Positions 36,608 to 46,635 are shown, counted from the stretch's first letter. The stretch is DNA of 56,689 nucleotides from an uncultured Pirellulales bacterium (GCA_964554425.1 CAZKOQ010000001.1:1-56689), one strand, 5' to 3'. A program made the numbers and translations. Notes: generated from the sequence alone by a model not told the origin.

Positions 36608-37654
36608 TTACTTCTGGAGCAAGGCGTTGTGCACCGGCTCGACCCATTCCTCCTTGCCGATGTCATACAGAACAAAATCGCTGTCGAACTGCCAGTATGC
36701 CCAGCTCCAGCCCAGCTTTTCCGCCGCCCCGGTGACAAACTTCAGATACCGCACACGCGATTCCATTGGCGCTTTGTCATACACGCCGAATTCACCCAGA
36801 AAAACGGGCTTGTTTCGCTCTTTTGCCCACGCCTGCGCCTTCTCGAAATCGCGTTTAATGGCTGTTTTCTCCTCGTCAGTCCCCATCCACTCTACGCCCG
36901 TTTTATCTTTACGATTGGCCCAGGTAGCACCCTGGTGTGTAAAATCCATCGGTGAGTAGTAATGCACAGTCAGGATGATGCTCCGGTCATCCTCCGGAAG
37001 ATCCAGCTCGTTCAGTGAGCCAATCGAGTTGTAATTGGCTGGTCCGATGATGACCATCCGCGTCGGATTGGTTTTGCGAATAACGGCAAGCGCCTCGCGG
37101 AAATACTGATTCCACATCTGGGGACTTAGTTTTCGGCTGGGTTCATTGAGTATTTCGAATAATACGTTGTCAGGCGCATCCTTGAAGTGCTCGGACACCT
37201 GACGCCAGAAGGCCAGGAACCTATCTTTGTTTCCTTCCGGGTCATTGCCCATCGCACCGAATTCATGCATATCCAGGATTACCATCAGCTTGCTGTTCAA
37301 GGCGTTCTGAACCGCCCAGTCCAGGACCTCCCACCAGGAGGCCCGAAGCGCGTAGTTATTGTCACTATCCATGTGGCGAAAAGGATGCAGGTTGATTCGC
37401 ACGGTGCTGAAGCCCGCTTCCTTGAGCATTTGAAAATACTTTGCCTTGAAGCGGGCTCTGTCTTTGGCCTGCCATATCGGGTCATAGCCAATAATGTTTA
37501 CGCCGCGCCCCAGCTTTGCATTTACAGCAAAAGAATCGACTGCCGGCTTCGGCGCTGCATTCAGTGCCGAGGGTCGATTAACCGTCAAAATAAAAACCAA
37601 GAAGGCGCCGCATAGAATGAGCCAAAGTAACCTGGACTTGCTTTTGTAAATCAT
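36608..37654 (-). CDS. GH5 family glycoside hydrolase (cellulase/endoglucanase-like), secreted
   Basis: The start is moved to the ATG at 37654 (MIYKSKSRLLWLILCGAFLVF), which has a GGAGG upstream. Motifs are RGVNIIG, FEILNEP, TVHYYSPMDFTHQG, FLGEFG and WAYWQF. Confidence 0.9.
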   Translation of the reverse strand: MIYKSKSRLLWLILCGAFLVFILTVNRPSALNAAPKPAVDSFAVNAKLGRGVNIIGYDPIWQAKDRARFKAKYFQMLKEAGFSTVRINLHPFRHMDSDNNYALRASWWEVLDWAVQNALNSKLMVILDMHEFGAMGNDPEGNKDRFLAFWRQVSEHFKDAPDNVLFEILNEPSRKLSPQMWNQYFREALAVIRKTNPTRMVIIGPANYNSIGSLNELDLPEDDRSIILTVHYYSPMDFTHQGATWANRKDKTGVEWMGTDEEKTAIKRDFEKAQAWAKERNKPVFLGEFGVYDKAPMESRVRYLKFVTGAAEKLGWSWAYWQFDSDFVLYDIGKEEWVEPVHNALLQK

Positions 37655-37799
37655 AAGAACCTCCACTATTCTGGAACGCAACAAAACCGGTTTCCTGTTT
37701 TGATTTTCTAATAGATAGTATATCTCTTCCACCACCGATTTGACCAAATCGGAGATTGCAAGGCAAATCAACTATTACAATGCCGTTCGTAAGAGAACT

Positions 37800-39164
37800 T
37801 TAGTATTCTCTGTTTTTGAGGATGCCCGGCTGCGGGAGCGGATATTTGCCGTCCGGCCCGGCTAACAGAGGCGCCGGCGAATCCATCGCCAGCTTATCGA
37901 CATCGGGAGCAAACTCCTGCTCGCAGTTGAGCATCTGGTCGAAAGTTATTATCTGGCCGGTGTGCGCAGCCATACGGCCCATAGAGGACACAAGACTTGC
38001 CTCGGCACCGCGTTTGGCCTCATTGTAGGGCTTGTTCTTCCGAATGGCGTCAATCAAGTCGTCCCACTCAAGCTGGTAAGGACTTTGCTCCGGCTGCGGG
38101 AACGCCCATATCAGGTTTGCTTTCTCCATATTATGGTCTTTGTAAGTGCGGACCTTGCCTGGGTAGTGGCTCGATGTGGTGATGACAGCCGAGCCCTTTG
38201 TTCCGTGGGCGTAGCTGGAGAATCCGCCTTGACAACCTTCCATATTCCGACCGTAGTAAAAAAGCTTGGTCCCATCAGGATAGGTATATTCAATCGAGTA
38301 GTTGTCGAAATTCTGGTCAACGGAATCGCCGCGGTAGTGCCGTCCGCCAATGGCGTGTGCCTGGACCGGCCAGGCGCCCTTCATCCAGGAGCACTCGTCA
38401 ATCTGATGAATGTAGTAGTCGCTATACATACCGCCGCTGGCCCATAGGAAGCTGTGGAATCGCTGGACCTGGTAGAGTAGCTCGCTCATATTGCCGGGCT
38501 TGGGACCTGTCGTGGCCGCTCTGCCGCCCATCCGGTAGCCCCTTAGCGCAATGATGTCACCGATTTCTCCTGACTTGATTCGGTCGTAAAGCTGCTGCCG
38601 TCCCCGGCAATGGCGAATCATCAGACCCACGCCCACCTTGAGATTCTTCTTCACGGATTCTTCGGCAAGCTTCAGGAGCTTGCGTGTGCTCGGGCCGTCC
38701 ACGGTAATGGGCTTTTCCATAAAAACATTGAGGCCCTTTTCTATTGCGTAGGTGAAATGCACCCAGCGGAATGCCGGAGGCGTCGCAAAAATCGCCACAT
38801 CACCGGCATTAAGACAATCCATCGCCTTCTTGTAACCGTCGAAGCCAACGAACCGCCGGTCTTCAGGAACATCCACCTGTTCAGAATGTTGCTCTTTTAA
38901 GCTTTTGTAGCTGTTGGCAACGCGGTTCGCAAAGACATCTGCCACGGCGACAAGCTTGATTGGGCCGTTCTTGACCGACAGTGCGTCCGATGCTGCGCCG
39001 GTACCCCTGCCTCCGCAGCCAATCAAGGCAACTTTAATGGTGTTGCTTTGGGCAGCGTAGATACGGGGGACGACACCCGCCACAAAAGCCGAGGTTGCGG
39101 CGAGCTTGCCTGTGTTCTTCAAAAACTCACGACGCGATGTGTTTTTTTCATTGGTCTTACTCAT
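37800..39164 (-). CDS. Tat-signal Gfo/Idh/MocA family oxidoreductase (same subfamily as 4859-6208 and 40674-42020)
   Basis: 454 aa. The N-terminal region reads TSRREFLKNTGKLAATSAFVAGVVPRIYAA and then IGCGGRGTGAA. An AGGAGAAGG lies upstream. Confidence 0.9.
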   Translation of the reverse strand: MSKTNEKNTSRREFLKNTGKLAATSAFVAGVVPRIYAAQSNTIKVALIGCGGRGTGAASDALSVKNGPIKLVAVADVFANRVANSYKSLKEQHSEQVDVPEDRRFVGFDGYKKAMDCLNAGDVAIFATPPAFRWVHFTYAIEKGLNVFMEKPITVDGPSTRKLLKLAEESVKKNLKVGVGLMIRHCRGRQQLYDRIKSGEIGDIIALRGYRMGGRAATTGPKPGNMSELLYQVQRFHSFLWASGGMYSDYYIHQIDECSWMKGAWPVQAHAIGGRHYRGDSVDQNFDNYSIEYTYPDGTKLFYYGRNMEGCQGGFSSYAHGTKGSAVITTSSHYPGKVRTYKDHNMEKANLIWAFPQPEQSPYQLEWDDLIDAIRKNKPYNEAKRGAEASLVSSMGRMAAHTGQIITFDQMLNCEQEFAPDVDKLAMDSPAPLLAGPDGKYPLPQPGILKNREY

Positions 39165-39264
39165 GGCATACCTTCTCCTAATGAGGGATTTCTAATTTAA
39201 TTGTTACGTTTGCTCTAAGCGTTTATACTCTTGCCCAAACATCGTTTGAGCTTCATCGCCGCCT

Positions 39265-39292
39265 ATTATAGTCATAATCCTGCACTTCACAA
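39265..39292 (-). promoter_or_regulatory. sigma70-type promoter, TTGTGA-N16-TATAAT
   Basis: On the minus strand: TTGTGA (39292-39287), a 16-nt spacer, TATAAT (39270-39265). The -35 context TTGTGAAGTGCAGGA (15 nt) is identical to the promoter at 6300-6327. Confidence 0.55.
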
Positions 39293-39326
39293 TCGCTTTT
39301 TCAAATCATAGCACGGTAGTGCAATC

Positions 39327-40610
39327 CTATGGGGCCTGGCCAGGAACAGGCACAATGTTCTCCTTCGGGATTTCGACCGTGCCATTCTCAAAGTCCTCGG
39401 CTGTCGGCTTCAAAGTAAGATTGTAATTCTTCGCATTTATGTCCGCATCTTCCATAATTTCTTTCCAGGTAACCTGCTGGCCGGTGTAGGTGGAGATGCG
39501 ACCCATAACAGCCGTGGCAGTGGACTCGGCTACCGCCTGTGCCTGGTTAACCGGTTTGCCCTTATTGACATAATAGAGCGTGTCTATTTGCTCCTGATGG
39601 TGGCTGCTCGGTCCTTCAGGCAGGTCGGCTGGAATCGGTGATTGCTGCGGCTTCGGGTAGTCGCTCCCGTTTGTTCGTCCCTTTTCATATACAAAATCGT
39701 GACCGGTCCAGTTCCAGCATCCATTGACCTGGCGGCACATCGAGTGGATATGCACGCCCTCGCCGTAGTCGTAGTCAATATTGAAGAAGTCATACATATC
39801 GCCGGCTCGGCGTTGGGCTCGACCGCCGAAGCCCGCGGCGCTGACCGGCGGCCCGCCGCAAAACCAGTTGGCAATGTCGATGTTATGGACATGCTGCTCG
39901 ACAAGGTGGTCGCCTGAGAGCGCAATCCAGCTCTGCCAAGTTCGGACGAGGTCATCGGCGGTCTTCGGATTTATGGGTTTTGTCGAGAACATAGAGGCGA
40001 TACAAAACGAGACGCGACCGGCGTAAAGCTTGCCGAGCGCCTTCTCAACAGTAACGGCCTGGTGTGTCTTTATGAAGTTCCAGTCGTGGCGCATCTCCGT
40101 GCCGGCGACAATCACCAGACCCTTCTTTTCTGCTTCCTTGCCGGCAGCAATTACACGCCGGCAGCCGGGCGGGTCAACAGCGACGGGCTTCTCGATAAAG
40201 ACGTTTTTGCCGGCTTTGACGGCGGCCTCAAGATGCAGCGGCCTGAAAACCGGCGCCTCCGCCATCAGGACAATCTGGGCGTCGGTTTTTAACAGGTCCC
40301 GATAGCCGGCGGGCCCGCCGAAGCATCGTTCTGGCGGGACGTTCAATTGTTTTCCTGCCTCGAGCGCACGCTCCTTGAAATAGTCGGCGGTGGCAACGAA
40401 CCGGACGTTAAAACCAAGAATCTTGCCGGCCTCGAGCGCATCGGTGGCGGCACCCCGGCCTCGACCACCGCAGCCAATCAGCGCAAGCTTGAAGGTCTTA
40501 TCCTGTCCCTTGGCGGCTGTCCCAAGGATGGTTGGGACGCCCAAAGCAACGCCGGCGCCCAATGTAGTTCGCACAAAATCACGTCGCGACAATTTGTTTG
40601 ACTTTTTCAT
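39327..40610 (-). CDS. Tat-signal Gfo/Idh/MocA family oxidoreductase
   Basis: 427 aa with leader LSRRDFVRTTLGAGVALGV, a Rossmann motif IGCGGRGRGAA and IEKPVA. Confidence 0.9.
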   Translation of the reverse strand: MKKSNKLSRRDFVRTTLGAGVALGVPTILGTAAKGQDKTFKLALIGCGGRGRGAATDALEAGKILGFNVRFVATADYFKERALEAGKQLNVPPERCFGGPAGYRDLLKTDAQIVLMAEAPVFRPLHLEAAVKAGKNVFIEKPVAVDPPGCRRVIAAGKEAEKKGLVIVAGTEMRHDWNFIKTHQAVTVEKALGKLYAGRVSFCIASMFSTKPINPKTADDLVRTWQSWIALSGDHLVEQHVHNIDIANWFCGGPPVSAAGFGGRAQRRAGDMYDFFNIDYDYGEGVHIHSMCRQVNGCWNWTGHDFVYEKGRTNGSDYPKPQQSPIPADLPEGPSSHHQEQIDTLYYVNKGKPVNQAQAVAESTATAVMGRISTYTGQQVTWKEIMEDADINAKNYNLTLKPTAEDFENGTVEIPKENIVPVPGQAP

Positions 40611-40673
40611 AAAACAGTTCCTTTCAAAAGTTACTCGCTACTGCCTTTGAAACCCTGCGTTGTCACATTTCTG

Positions 40674-42020
40674 TTAAAATTCCTTTGAGACACCTGGCTG
40701 CGGGGCTGGATAAATGTCGTCGGGACCCTCGTGGATTGGGGAGGGGCTGTCGAAGGTCATATTGTCAATGTCTTTGACGAATTGAAAGTCGGAGTTCATC
40801 GCCTGCTCCCAGGTGATAAATTGTCCTGTATGTGTCGCCATACGTCCCATCAATGCGGCTATGTCTGCCTCACCTGCCCGGCGGGCCTCGTTGTGCGGCT
40901 TGTTCTGCCGGATAGCATCTAAAAGCAACTGCCATTCGGCCTGGTAAGGGTTGCAGTCCGGCTGCCCATACTCCCACGACAGCTCTTCCGATGCCATGTT
41001 TTGGCTCTTGTATATCCGTGGTTTGGGCTCGCCCAGGGTCGTCATAATCACTGCCGAGCCCTTGGAGCCGTGGGCATAATCGGAGTAGGTCTCCCAGCAG
41101 CCGTTCATGTGCCGCGAAAAAGCAAACAGCTTTGCACCGTCGGCAAAGGTGTATTCCACCGTATAGTGGTCAAACTGGTTGCCCGCCTCCGCGTAGCAGC
41201 GGCCGCCCATCCCCTGGGCCGAGACCGGCCAGGCGCCCTTGACCCAACAGCCAACGTCGATGTTGTGGCAGTGCCAGTCGATGAAGAATCCCGACGACAC
41301 CCACGTGAAGCTGTTTGGATTCTGGAGCTGGAATACCAGCTCATTGACGTTCTGGGGCCTGCGCGGGCAGTGGACCGGCCCGTGCACGCGGTAGATTCTA
41401 AGAGTGTGCACCTCTCCGATGGCCCCATCGTGTATCCGCCGGATGACTTCCTGCCTGGCTTTGGAATGTCGCCACATAAAACCTACGCCGACCTTTAGAT
41501 TCTTCTGCTCAGAGACAGCGGCGGCTTTGAGCAGACGACGCACCGCCGGAGAATCCACCGCGAACGACTTCTCCATAAATACATTAACACCTTTCTTGAC
41601 GGCATATTCAAAGTGGAGCGGACGGAAAGCCGCGTGTGTCGTCAAAAGAACGACGTCGCCCGGCCCGAGACAGTCAATGGCCTTCTTATAGGCATCGAAA
41701 CCGACGAACCGGCGTTCCTGCGGCACGTTGACCTTGTCCTGAAAATCCTTCGTCAAGCTGTTTAAGCTGCCCTGGAGGCGGCCTTCGAACAGGTCGGCCA
41801 TCGCGTATAGCTTCACCGGCCCGCCGGTAGTTGAGAAGGCGTCAATGACCGCACCGGTGCCCCGGCCTCCACAGCCCACTAAGGCCAGTTTGATTGTTGA
41901 ATCCCCGGCGGCATAGATGCGAGGAACGAGCCCTGCTGCCAGGGCCGAAGTCGCAGCAACCCGGCCGGTGCTCTTCAAAAACTCTCGACGCGATGTGCTT
42001 TTTTTTGTGGTTTCATCCAT
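40674..42020 (-). CDS. Tat-signal Gfo/Idh/MocA family oxidoreductase
   Basis: 448 aa. The N-terminal region reads TSRREFLKSTGRVAATSALAAGLVPRIYAA and then VGCGGRGTGAV. Confidence 0.9.
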   Translation of the reverse strand: MDETTKKSTSRREFLKSTGRVAATSALAAGLVPRIYAAGDSTIKLALVGCGGRGTGAVIDAFSTTGGPVKLYAMADLFEGRLQGSLNSLTKDFQDKVNVPQERRFVGFDAYKKAIDCLGPGDVVLLTTHAAFRPLHFEYAVKKGVNVFMEKSFAVDSPAVRRLLKAAAVSEQKNLKVGVGFMWRHSKARQEVIRRIHDGAIGEVHTLRIYRVHGPVHCPRRPQNVNELVFQLQNPNSFTWVSSGFFIDWHCHNIDVGCWVKGAWPVSAQGMGGRCYAEAGNQFDHYTVEYTFADGAKLFAFSRHMNGCWETYSDYAHGSKGSAVIMTTLGEPKPRIYKSQNMASEELSWEYGQPDCNPYQAEWQLLLDAIRQNKPHNEARRAGEADIAALMGRMATHTGQFITWEQAMNSDFQFVKDIDNMTFDSPSPIHEGPDDIYPAPQPGVSKEF

Positions 42021-42124
42021 AATGAGTCTTTTCCTACTAAGCGTTTTCTATTTCAAATGCTGCATTTGCTCCGGAGGACGGAGTTTTCTCCTGGTGTAAA
42101 TATTGTTCGGTTTCCGTTGCCCCC

Positions 42125-42152
42125 ATTATACTCACGTCCCCATACTTCGCAA
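42125..42152 (-). promoter_or_regulatory. sigma70-type promoter, TTGCGA-N16-TATAAT
   Basis: On the minus strand: TTGCGA (42152-42147), a 16-nt spacer, TATAAT (42130-42125). It lies about 105 nt upstream of the ATG at 42020. Confidence 0.5.
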
Positions 42153-42288
42153 GCATCAAGCATACCTTGAGCAAACCATCTGTATTAAAAATCCCTGAAA
42201 AGGAGCATCGATGATTTTTTAGAAAGGTCCCTTTTGGATATATAGAATGAGATGCATAAAGTGCTGTCCCTTTTGTTGAGCGTGCAAC

Positions 42289-42316
42289 AAAAAAGACTTG
42301 CGATTTTGCGCAAGTC
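42289..42316 (-). terminator. rho-independent terminator of the tRNA gene
   Basis: On the minus strand: GACTTGCG-caaaat-CGCAAGTC (8-bp stem) followed directly by TTTTTT. It begins 17 nt after the tRNA 3' end. Confidence 0.75.
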
Positions 42317-42332
42317 CTTTATTGACAACAAA

Positions 42333-42406
42333 TAGCGGGGGCAGGATTCGAACCTGCGACCTCCGGGTTATGGGCCCGACGAGCTACCAGACTGCTCTAC
42401 CCCGCG
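42333..42406 (-). tRNA. tRNA-Met, initiator type (anticodon CAT)
   Basis: 74 nt, folded by eye: acceptor CGCGGGG/CCCCGC, D arm GAGC-AGTCTGGTA-GCTC, anticodon stem TCGGG/CCCGG with three consecutive G:C pairs, loop CCCATAA, T arm GCAGG-TTCGAAT-CCTGC. Positions 1:72 are a C:U mismatch, A73 is the discriminator, and CCA is not encoded. It is close to E. coli tRNA-fMet. Confidence 0.92.
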
Positions 42407-42605
42407 ATCATTTTCGTATATCTTATTGTTTCTATTCATAGTTCGTAGTAGGCGGCCGGCACTTCATCTATTATGTCTCAGCCATCGTATCCCGTTGTGC
42501 GTCTTGCAGTTGTCCCCTATTCAGGGCTTGCTGCTCGCCGCCGGCAATACTGCCGCCACCAAAATACCATAAGCAGGATTTTTTAGCAAGAGAGACGAGG
42601 CGAAA

Positions 42606-43022
42606 TCATAAATTTTTGCGAATCTGTGCAGCAATGGCCTCAATTTTCCCTTGCGGATATTTATAGCTCGGCCAGCGGTCAAATACGCCGTCGCCTGTCT
42701 TTCGTGGAATTATATGAAAATGCAAATGTTCGACGATTTGCCCTGCCGCCCGGCCATTATTGCAAAGCACGTTATAACCATCAGAATTCACGGCGGCGGC
42801 AACGGCTTTGGCGATTTTGCCCAGACGCAAAGCAACCTGACCTAAAAGTTGTGGAGGACTATCATGCAATTTTTCAAAGTGCTGTTTGGGAATCACCAAG
42901 GTATGGCCGTCGCTTATCGGACCGATATCCAAAAAGCAAATAACGACTTCGTCCTCATAAATCTTTGTAGTCGGGATTTGCCCAGCTATAATTTTACAGA
43001 AAATGCAATCGCTGGCACTCAC
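42606..43022 (-). CDS. HIT (histidine triad) family protein
   Basis: 138 aa with the HLHFHIIPR histidine triad and an N-terminal CIFCKI motif. Confidence 0.9.
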   Translation of the reverse strand: MSASDCIFCKIIAGQIPTTKIYEDEVVICFLDIGPISDGHTLVIPKQHFEKLHDSPPQLLGQVALRLGKIAKAVAAAVNSDGYNVLCNNGRAAGQIVEHLHFHIIPRKTGDGVFDRWPSYKYPQGKIEAIAAQIRKNL

Positions 43023-43051
43023 TATTCGGATTCTCCCAGCAGTAACAGCTA

Positions 43052-43627
43052 CTATTTCTTGCCGGCTTCGGGGCCTTGCGGCGATTCAGACGTCTCTTTT
43101 GTCTTGGCAACATCCTCCGCCTTGCTACCTTCGGACTGGCCGACTTCTTTTGCTTCAGCCGATTGTTTTTCCTTCTTGTGAGCACGTTTTTTCTTGGCGG
43201 CCTTTGCCTCTTTCTTTGAGACCTCTTCTTTGCCGACAAGCTGCAGCAGCGCAAGCTTGCCATCATCGCCAAGCCGCCTTAGCGACAGGCGGACAATTCT
43301 GGTATAACCGCCCGGCCTGTCAAGGTATCTGGGGCCAAGCTCGCTAAACAACTTTCCCACCACGGTGCCTTTTTTGACGGGTTCGTTATCTTCATACTCT
43401 ACGATGTCACGGTTTCCCAGTATAGCAATAGCGCGGCGCCTGGCCGACAATGTGCCTTTTTTGGCCAAAGTGATGAGCTTCTCAATAAAAGATTTCACGT
43501 CTTTGGCCTTTTCGAGCGTGGTCGAGATTGTCTCGTGCTGGATTAGAGAAGCGGCTAAATTACGCCGCATTGCTATCCGGTGCTGGCTTGTTCGACCTAA
43601 CTGACGGCCCGCTATTCTATGACGCAT
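43052..43627 (-). CDS. rplQ: 50S ribosomal protein L17 with a Lys/Glu-rich C-terminal extension
   Basis: 191 aa. MRHRIAGRQLGRTSQHRIAMRRNLA is a typical L17 N-terminus. It lies downstream of rpoA. Confidence 0.95.
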   Translation of the reverse strand: MRHRIAGRQLGRTSQHRIAMRRNLAASLIQHETISTTLEKAKDVKSFIEKLITLAKKGTLSARRRAIAILGNRDIVEYEDNEPVKKGTVVGKLFSELGPRYLDRPGGYTRIVRLSLRRLGDDGKLALLQLVGKEEVSKKEAKAAKKKRAHKKEKQSAEAKEVGQSEGSKAEDVAKTKETSESPQGPEAGKK

Positions 43628-43745
43628 ATATCTTTGTCCTTCTTTTTATATTTCACCAGGCGAATATTGTTGAGCCAAACCCTCAATCGTTACGGCTCAT
43701 AAGGCAGCTATCACTTTAATCTCCGCACTCCTTGCGGATTAGTAA

Positions 43746-44780
43746 TCACGATGTCTCCTCAGGCAGCTTTGCCTCCAGATACTTGTCAACATCCTTCATA
43801 CCCAAGGACAAACCTATATCCACAAGCTTCCGTTTGATTTCCCTCAAGCTTGTTTTGCCGAAGCTGCGGATGTTAAGCAAATCGGCTTCGGTCATTTTCA
43901 CTAAGTGGCCGACGCTATGCATTTTGACCGACTCAAGGCAGTTGGTTGCTCTTACAGAAAGGTCAAGCTCCTGAATCGACATATTGAGTTTCCTGACCAA
44001 TTCTTTATCCATTTCCTCCTGGGATGGCGGCTCGACAAGCTGTGACGGAACGGTTTCCTCGCCGAGCTCAAAATACTGAATGAATGGGTTGACGTGCTTA
44101 CGCAGAATCTTGGCGGCCTCGACCAGCGCCATCTCAGGCGTGACGGTTCCGTTGGTCCAAATCTCCAGAATCAGCTTGTCATAATTGGTCCGCTGGCCCA
44201 CGCGTGTGTCCTCGGTTGCGTAGCGCACTCTTGTAACCGGCGAATACACTGCATCGAGCATTATCCTTCCGATTTCCTGGTCGAATCTGTCGGCGACGGC
44301 GAGCCGCTCGGCAGCAGGTATGTAACCGCGCCCGCTCTCGACCACCATTTCCATCTGAAAGTTAATATCCTCGGTTAATGTGGCTACCACCGCATCCTTG
44401 TTTATTATTTCAATGGACGGGTCTGCGACTATATTGGATGCCCTCACGACACCTGCTTTGTTCGCAGAGACGGTCATCGTCTTAATCCCGGGGACATTGA
44501 GCCGAACGATAATGCTTTTGACATTTAGAACAATGTCGGTAACATCTTCCATCACCCCTTTTATGGAGCTGAATTCATGGTCAACGCCCGCTATTTTGAT
44601 GGAGGTTATGGCACTACCCTCCAGAGAAGAAAGTAAAACGCGTCTCAGGCTGTTGCCGATAGTGGTTCCGAAACCTCGCTCGAAGGGTTCGATAAAGAAC
44701 CGCCCGTATTTTTCGGTCGATATTGTTGTGTCTCGAACAACACGGGTCGGCAGCTCCATACCACGCCAGGTAACTCGCAT
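43746..44780 (-). CDS. rpoA: DNA-directed RNA polymerase alpha subunit
   Basis: 344 aa with GFGTTIGNSLRRVLLSS and a C-terminal-domain motif ELDLSVRATNCL. It is in operon position. Confidence 0.96.
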   Translation of the reverse strand: MRVTWRGMELPTRVVRDTTISTEKYGRFFIEPFERGFGTTIGNSLRRVLLSSLEGSAITSIKIAGVDHEFSSIKGVMEDVTDIVLNVKSIIVRLNVPGIKTMTVSANKAGVVRASNIVADPSIEIINKDAVVATLTEDINFQMEMVVESGRGYIPAAERLAVADRFDQEIGRIMLDAVYSPVTRVRYATEDTRVGQRTNYDKLILEIWTNGTVTPEMALVEAAKILRKHVNPFIQYFELGEETVPSQLVEPPSQEEMDKELVRKLNMSIQELDLSVRATNCLESVKMHSVGHLVKMTEADLLNIRSFGKTSLREIKRKLVDIGLSLGMKDVDKYLEAKLPEETS

Positions 44781-44907
44781 ATAGGCCTCCAGTTAAAATC
44801 CCTTACTAAAAACTGACACACTCAATTTTCTACCAAGGTGCAAAACTTCTCCCCTTTTGTTCTTTATTACCACTTTTTTTCCTGTGCAATTCGCACTATT
44901 TTAGCCG

Positions 44908-45540
44908 CTACCGCGAACAGAATTCTATCACCAATTGCTCCTCGACGGGAATCTGAACATCCGCCCTGGCGGGGAGCGCAACAATGGCGGCTTCAGGTTT
45001 GTCACGGTCCAACTGCAACCAGCTTTGAGTCGCAAAATTGGGGTTGCTTTCCAATTGCGCCTTTATTCTTTTTGCGCTCCTTTCGGAATTCTTGATGGTT
45101 ATCTTGTCGCCAACCTTGGTAATATAGTCGCCGACGTCAACCTTATGCCCGTTTATATAAATATGGCCGTGGCAAATCAGTTGCCTTGCAGCTTTGCGGG
45201 AGGGCGCAAAATTCAATTTATATACAACATTGTCCAGGCGTCTTTCCAATAGTTGAAGCAATGTTTCACCAGTATTGCCTCGCGTCCGCTCGGCTTTGTG
45301 GAAAAATCTCATAAACTGACGTTCGAGAACCCCATAGTATCGTTTTAGCTTTTGCTTCTCGCGCAGCCGAACACCATATTCGCCGACCCTGCTTTTGCGC
45401 CAGCCGTGCATACCCGGAGCCAGATTACGCTGCCTCTTCTCTACAGGGCACTTGGCCGTCTCACATCTGATGCCCTTGAGCATAAGCTTCACTCCTTCGC
45501 GTCGGCAAAGCTTACAGGATGATTCCAAATACCGTCCCAT
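44908..45540 (-). CDS. rpsD: 30S ribosomal protein S4
   Basis: The start is at the ATG at 45540 (MGRYLESSCKLCRREG), with a GGAG upstream. Confidence 0.95.
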   Translation of the reverse strand: MGRYLESSCKLCRREGVKLMLKGIRCETAKCPVEKRQRNLAPGMHGWRKSRVGEYGVRLREKQKLKRYYGVLERQFMRFFHKAERTRGNTGETLLQLLERRLDNVVYKLNFAPSRKAARQLICHGHIYINGHKVDVGDYITKVGDKITIKNSERSAKRIKAQLESNPNFATQSWLQLDRDKPEAAIVALPARADVQIPVEEQLVIEFCSR

Positions 45541-45582
45541 CTTTCTATTTATCTCCAAAATACCTTTTAGGGGCTGTCTATC

Positions 45583-45963
45583 TTAGACCCGCCTGCGCTT
45601 TGGCGGCCTGCAGCCATTGTGCGGCAGAGGCGTAACATCCTCTATCGAAGAGATACGCAGCCCCGCGGTTTGCATCGCTGCAATGGCAGATTCCCGGCCC
45701 GAGCCAGGACCTTTAACCTTAATCTCAACCTCCCGAACGCCATTACGCATTGCGATACTGGCGGCGCGTTGTGCGGCTTGCTGTGCTGCAAAGGGAGTGC
45801 TCTTTCGAGCGCCCTTAAAGCCGGTGCATCCTGCCGAGCTGAAACATATCGTGTCGCCATCGAGGTCGGTAACCGTAATGAGCGTGTTGTTGAAAGTCGC
45901 TTTTATGTGAACGATTGCCCGAACGACATTCTTTCTGACTTTTCGTTTTGTGCCTTTTGCCAT
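45583..45963 (-). CDS. rpsK: 30S ribosomal protein S11
   Basis: The start is at the ATG at 45963 ([13 protein letters not shown]...HIKATFNNT). Confidence 0.95.
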   Translation of the reverse strand: MAKGTKRKVRKNVVRAIVHIKATFNNTLITVTDLDGDTICFSSAGCTGFKGARKSTPFAAQQAAQRAASIAMRNGVREVEIKVKGPGSGRESAIAAMQTAGLRISSIEDVTPLPHNGCRPPKRRRV

Positions 45964-46028
45964 TGCTGCAACGATTCCTATGACAAAACCAAACTCTTGT
46001 TCCTCTGTTGCCGGGAGCAAATAAGCTC

Positions 46029-46412
46029 TTAGCGTTTTTCTTTCACACCCTTCTTGCCTGCAACCGTTTTTCTGGGTCCCTTGCGAGTGCGAGCATTGCT
46101 GCGCGTTCGCTGCCCGCGAACAGGCAAGCTCCTTCTGTGTCGGACGCCTCTATAGCAGTTTATATCGCGCAGGCGGGCAATATTTTGAGCAGTCTGTCTG
46201 CGGAGCTGACCTCCCACGGTGCAGTTGCGGTCGATTATCTGCGTTATCCGGCTTAGCTCATCCTCGGTGAGTTTGCCGGCCTTTGTGTTTTTATCTATCT
46301 TGGCCTCCTGCAATATCTGCTCGGAGGCATGTCTTCCTATACCGTAAATATAGGTCAGCGCAATCCATATTGCCTTTTCATTGGGAATATCAACGCCAAC
46401 AATGCGCGGCAT
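46029..46412 (-). CDS. rpsM: 30S ribosomal protein S13
   Basis: 127 aa, starting [13 protein letters not shown]. Confidence 0.96.
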   Translation of the reverse strand: MPRIVGVDIPNEKAIWIALTYIYGIGRHASEQILQEAKIDKNTKAGKLTEDELSRITQIIDRNCTVGGQLRRQTAQNIARLRDINCYRGVRHRRSLPVRGQRTRSNARTRKGPRKTVAGKKGVKEKR

Positions 46413-46450
46413 AAAGTTTCCTTTTCTAATATTCCTTTAGATACTGTCAG

Positions 46451-46564
46451 CTACCCCTGGCGCTGCTTGTGCCGCGGGTTTATACAAATCACCCGCACAA
46501 CGCCTCGGCGGCGGACAATCTTGCAATTCTCACATATACGTTTGACTGAGCTTCTGACTTTCAT
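46451..46564 (-). CDS. rpmJ: 50S ribosomal protein L36 (Zn-ribbon type)
   Basis: It is below the ORF-track size cutoff and was translated by hand: [37 protein letters not shown] (37 aa). It has the CxxC...CxxxxH pattern and the canonical position between infA and rpsM. Confidence 0.93.
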   Translation of the reverse strand: MKVRSSVKRICENCKIVRRRGVVRVICINPRHKQRQG

Positions 46565-46635
46565 TTTTCGCTACTTAACCATCACAATATTGTTCCGTAT
46601 AGGAACCCGGCCAGGTTCAAGGTATCTTTGCAACA

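Noticed and set aside
36123-36959. A 278-aa plus-strand ORF spanning the creatininase/GH5 junction.
   Set aside because: It is antisense to two well-supported minus-strand genes. Its composition is Ser/Pro/Arg-rich, and it has no start context or motif.
42201-42222. A mini-ORF, ATG ATT TTT TAG (42211-42222), preceded by a strong AAGGAG on the plus strand.
   Set aside because: It has only three codons and no downstream plus-strand gene to regulate. It sits between a minus-strand tRNA terminator and a minus-strand promoter, so it is probably fortuitous.
43690-43745. A hairpin, TCCGCA-aggag-TGCGGA, just downstream of rpoA, considered as a terminator.
   Set aside because: The stem is only 6 bp, no U-tract follows, and rplQ lies immediately downstream in the canonical operon. 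At best it is a processing or attenuation element and is not supportable from sequence alone.
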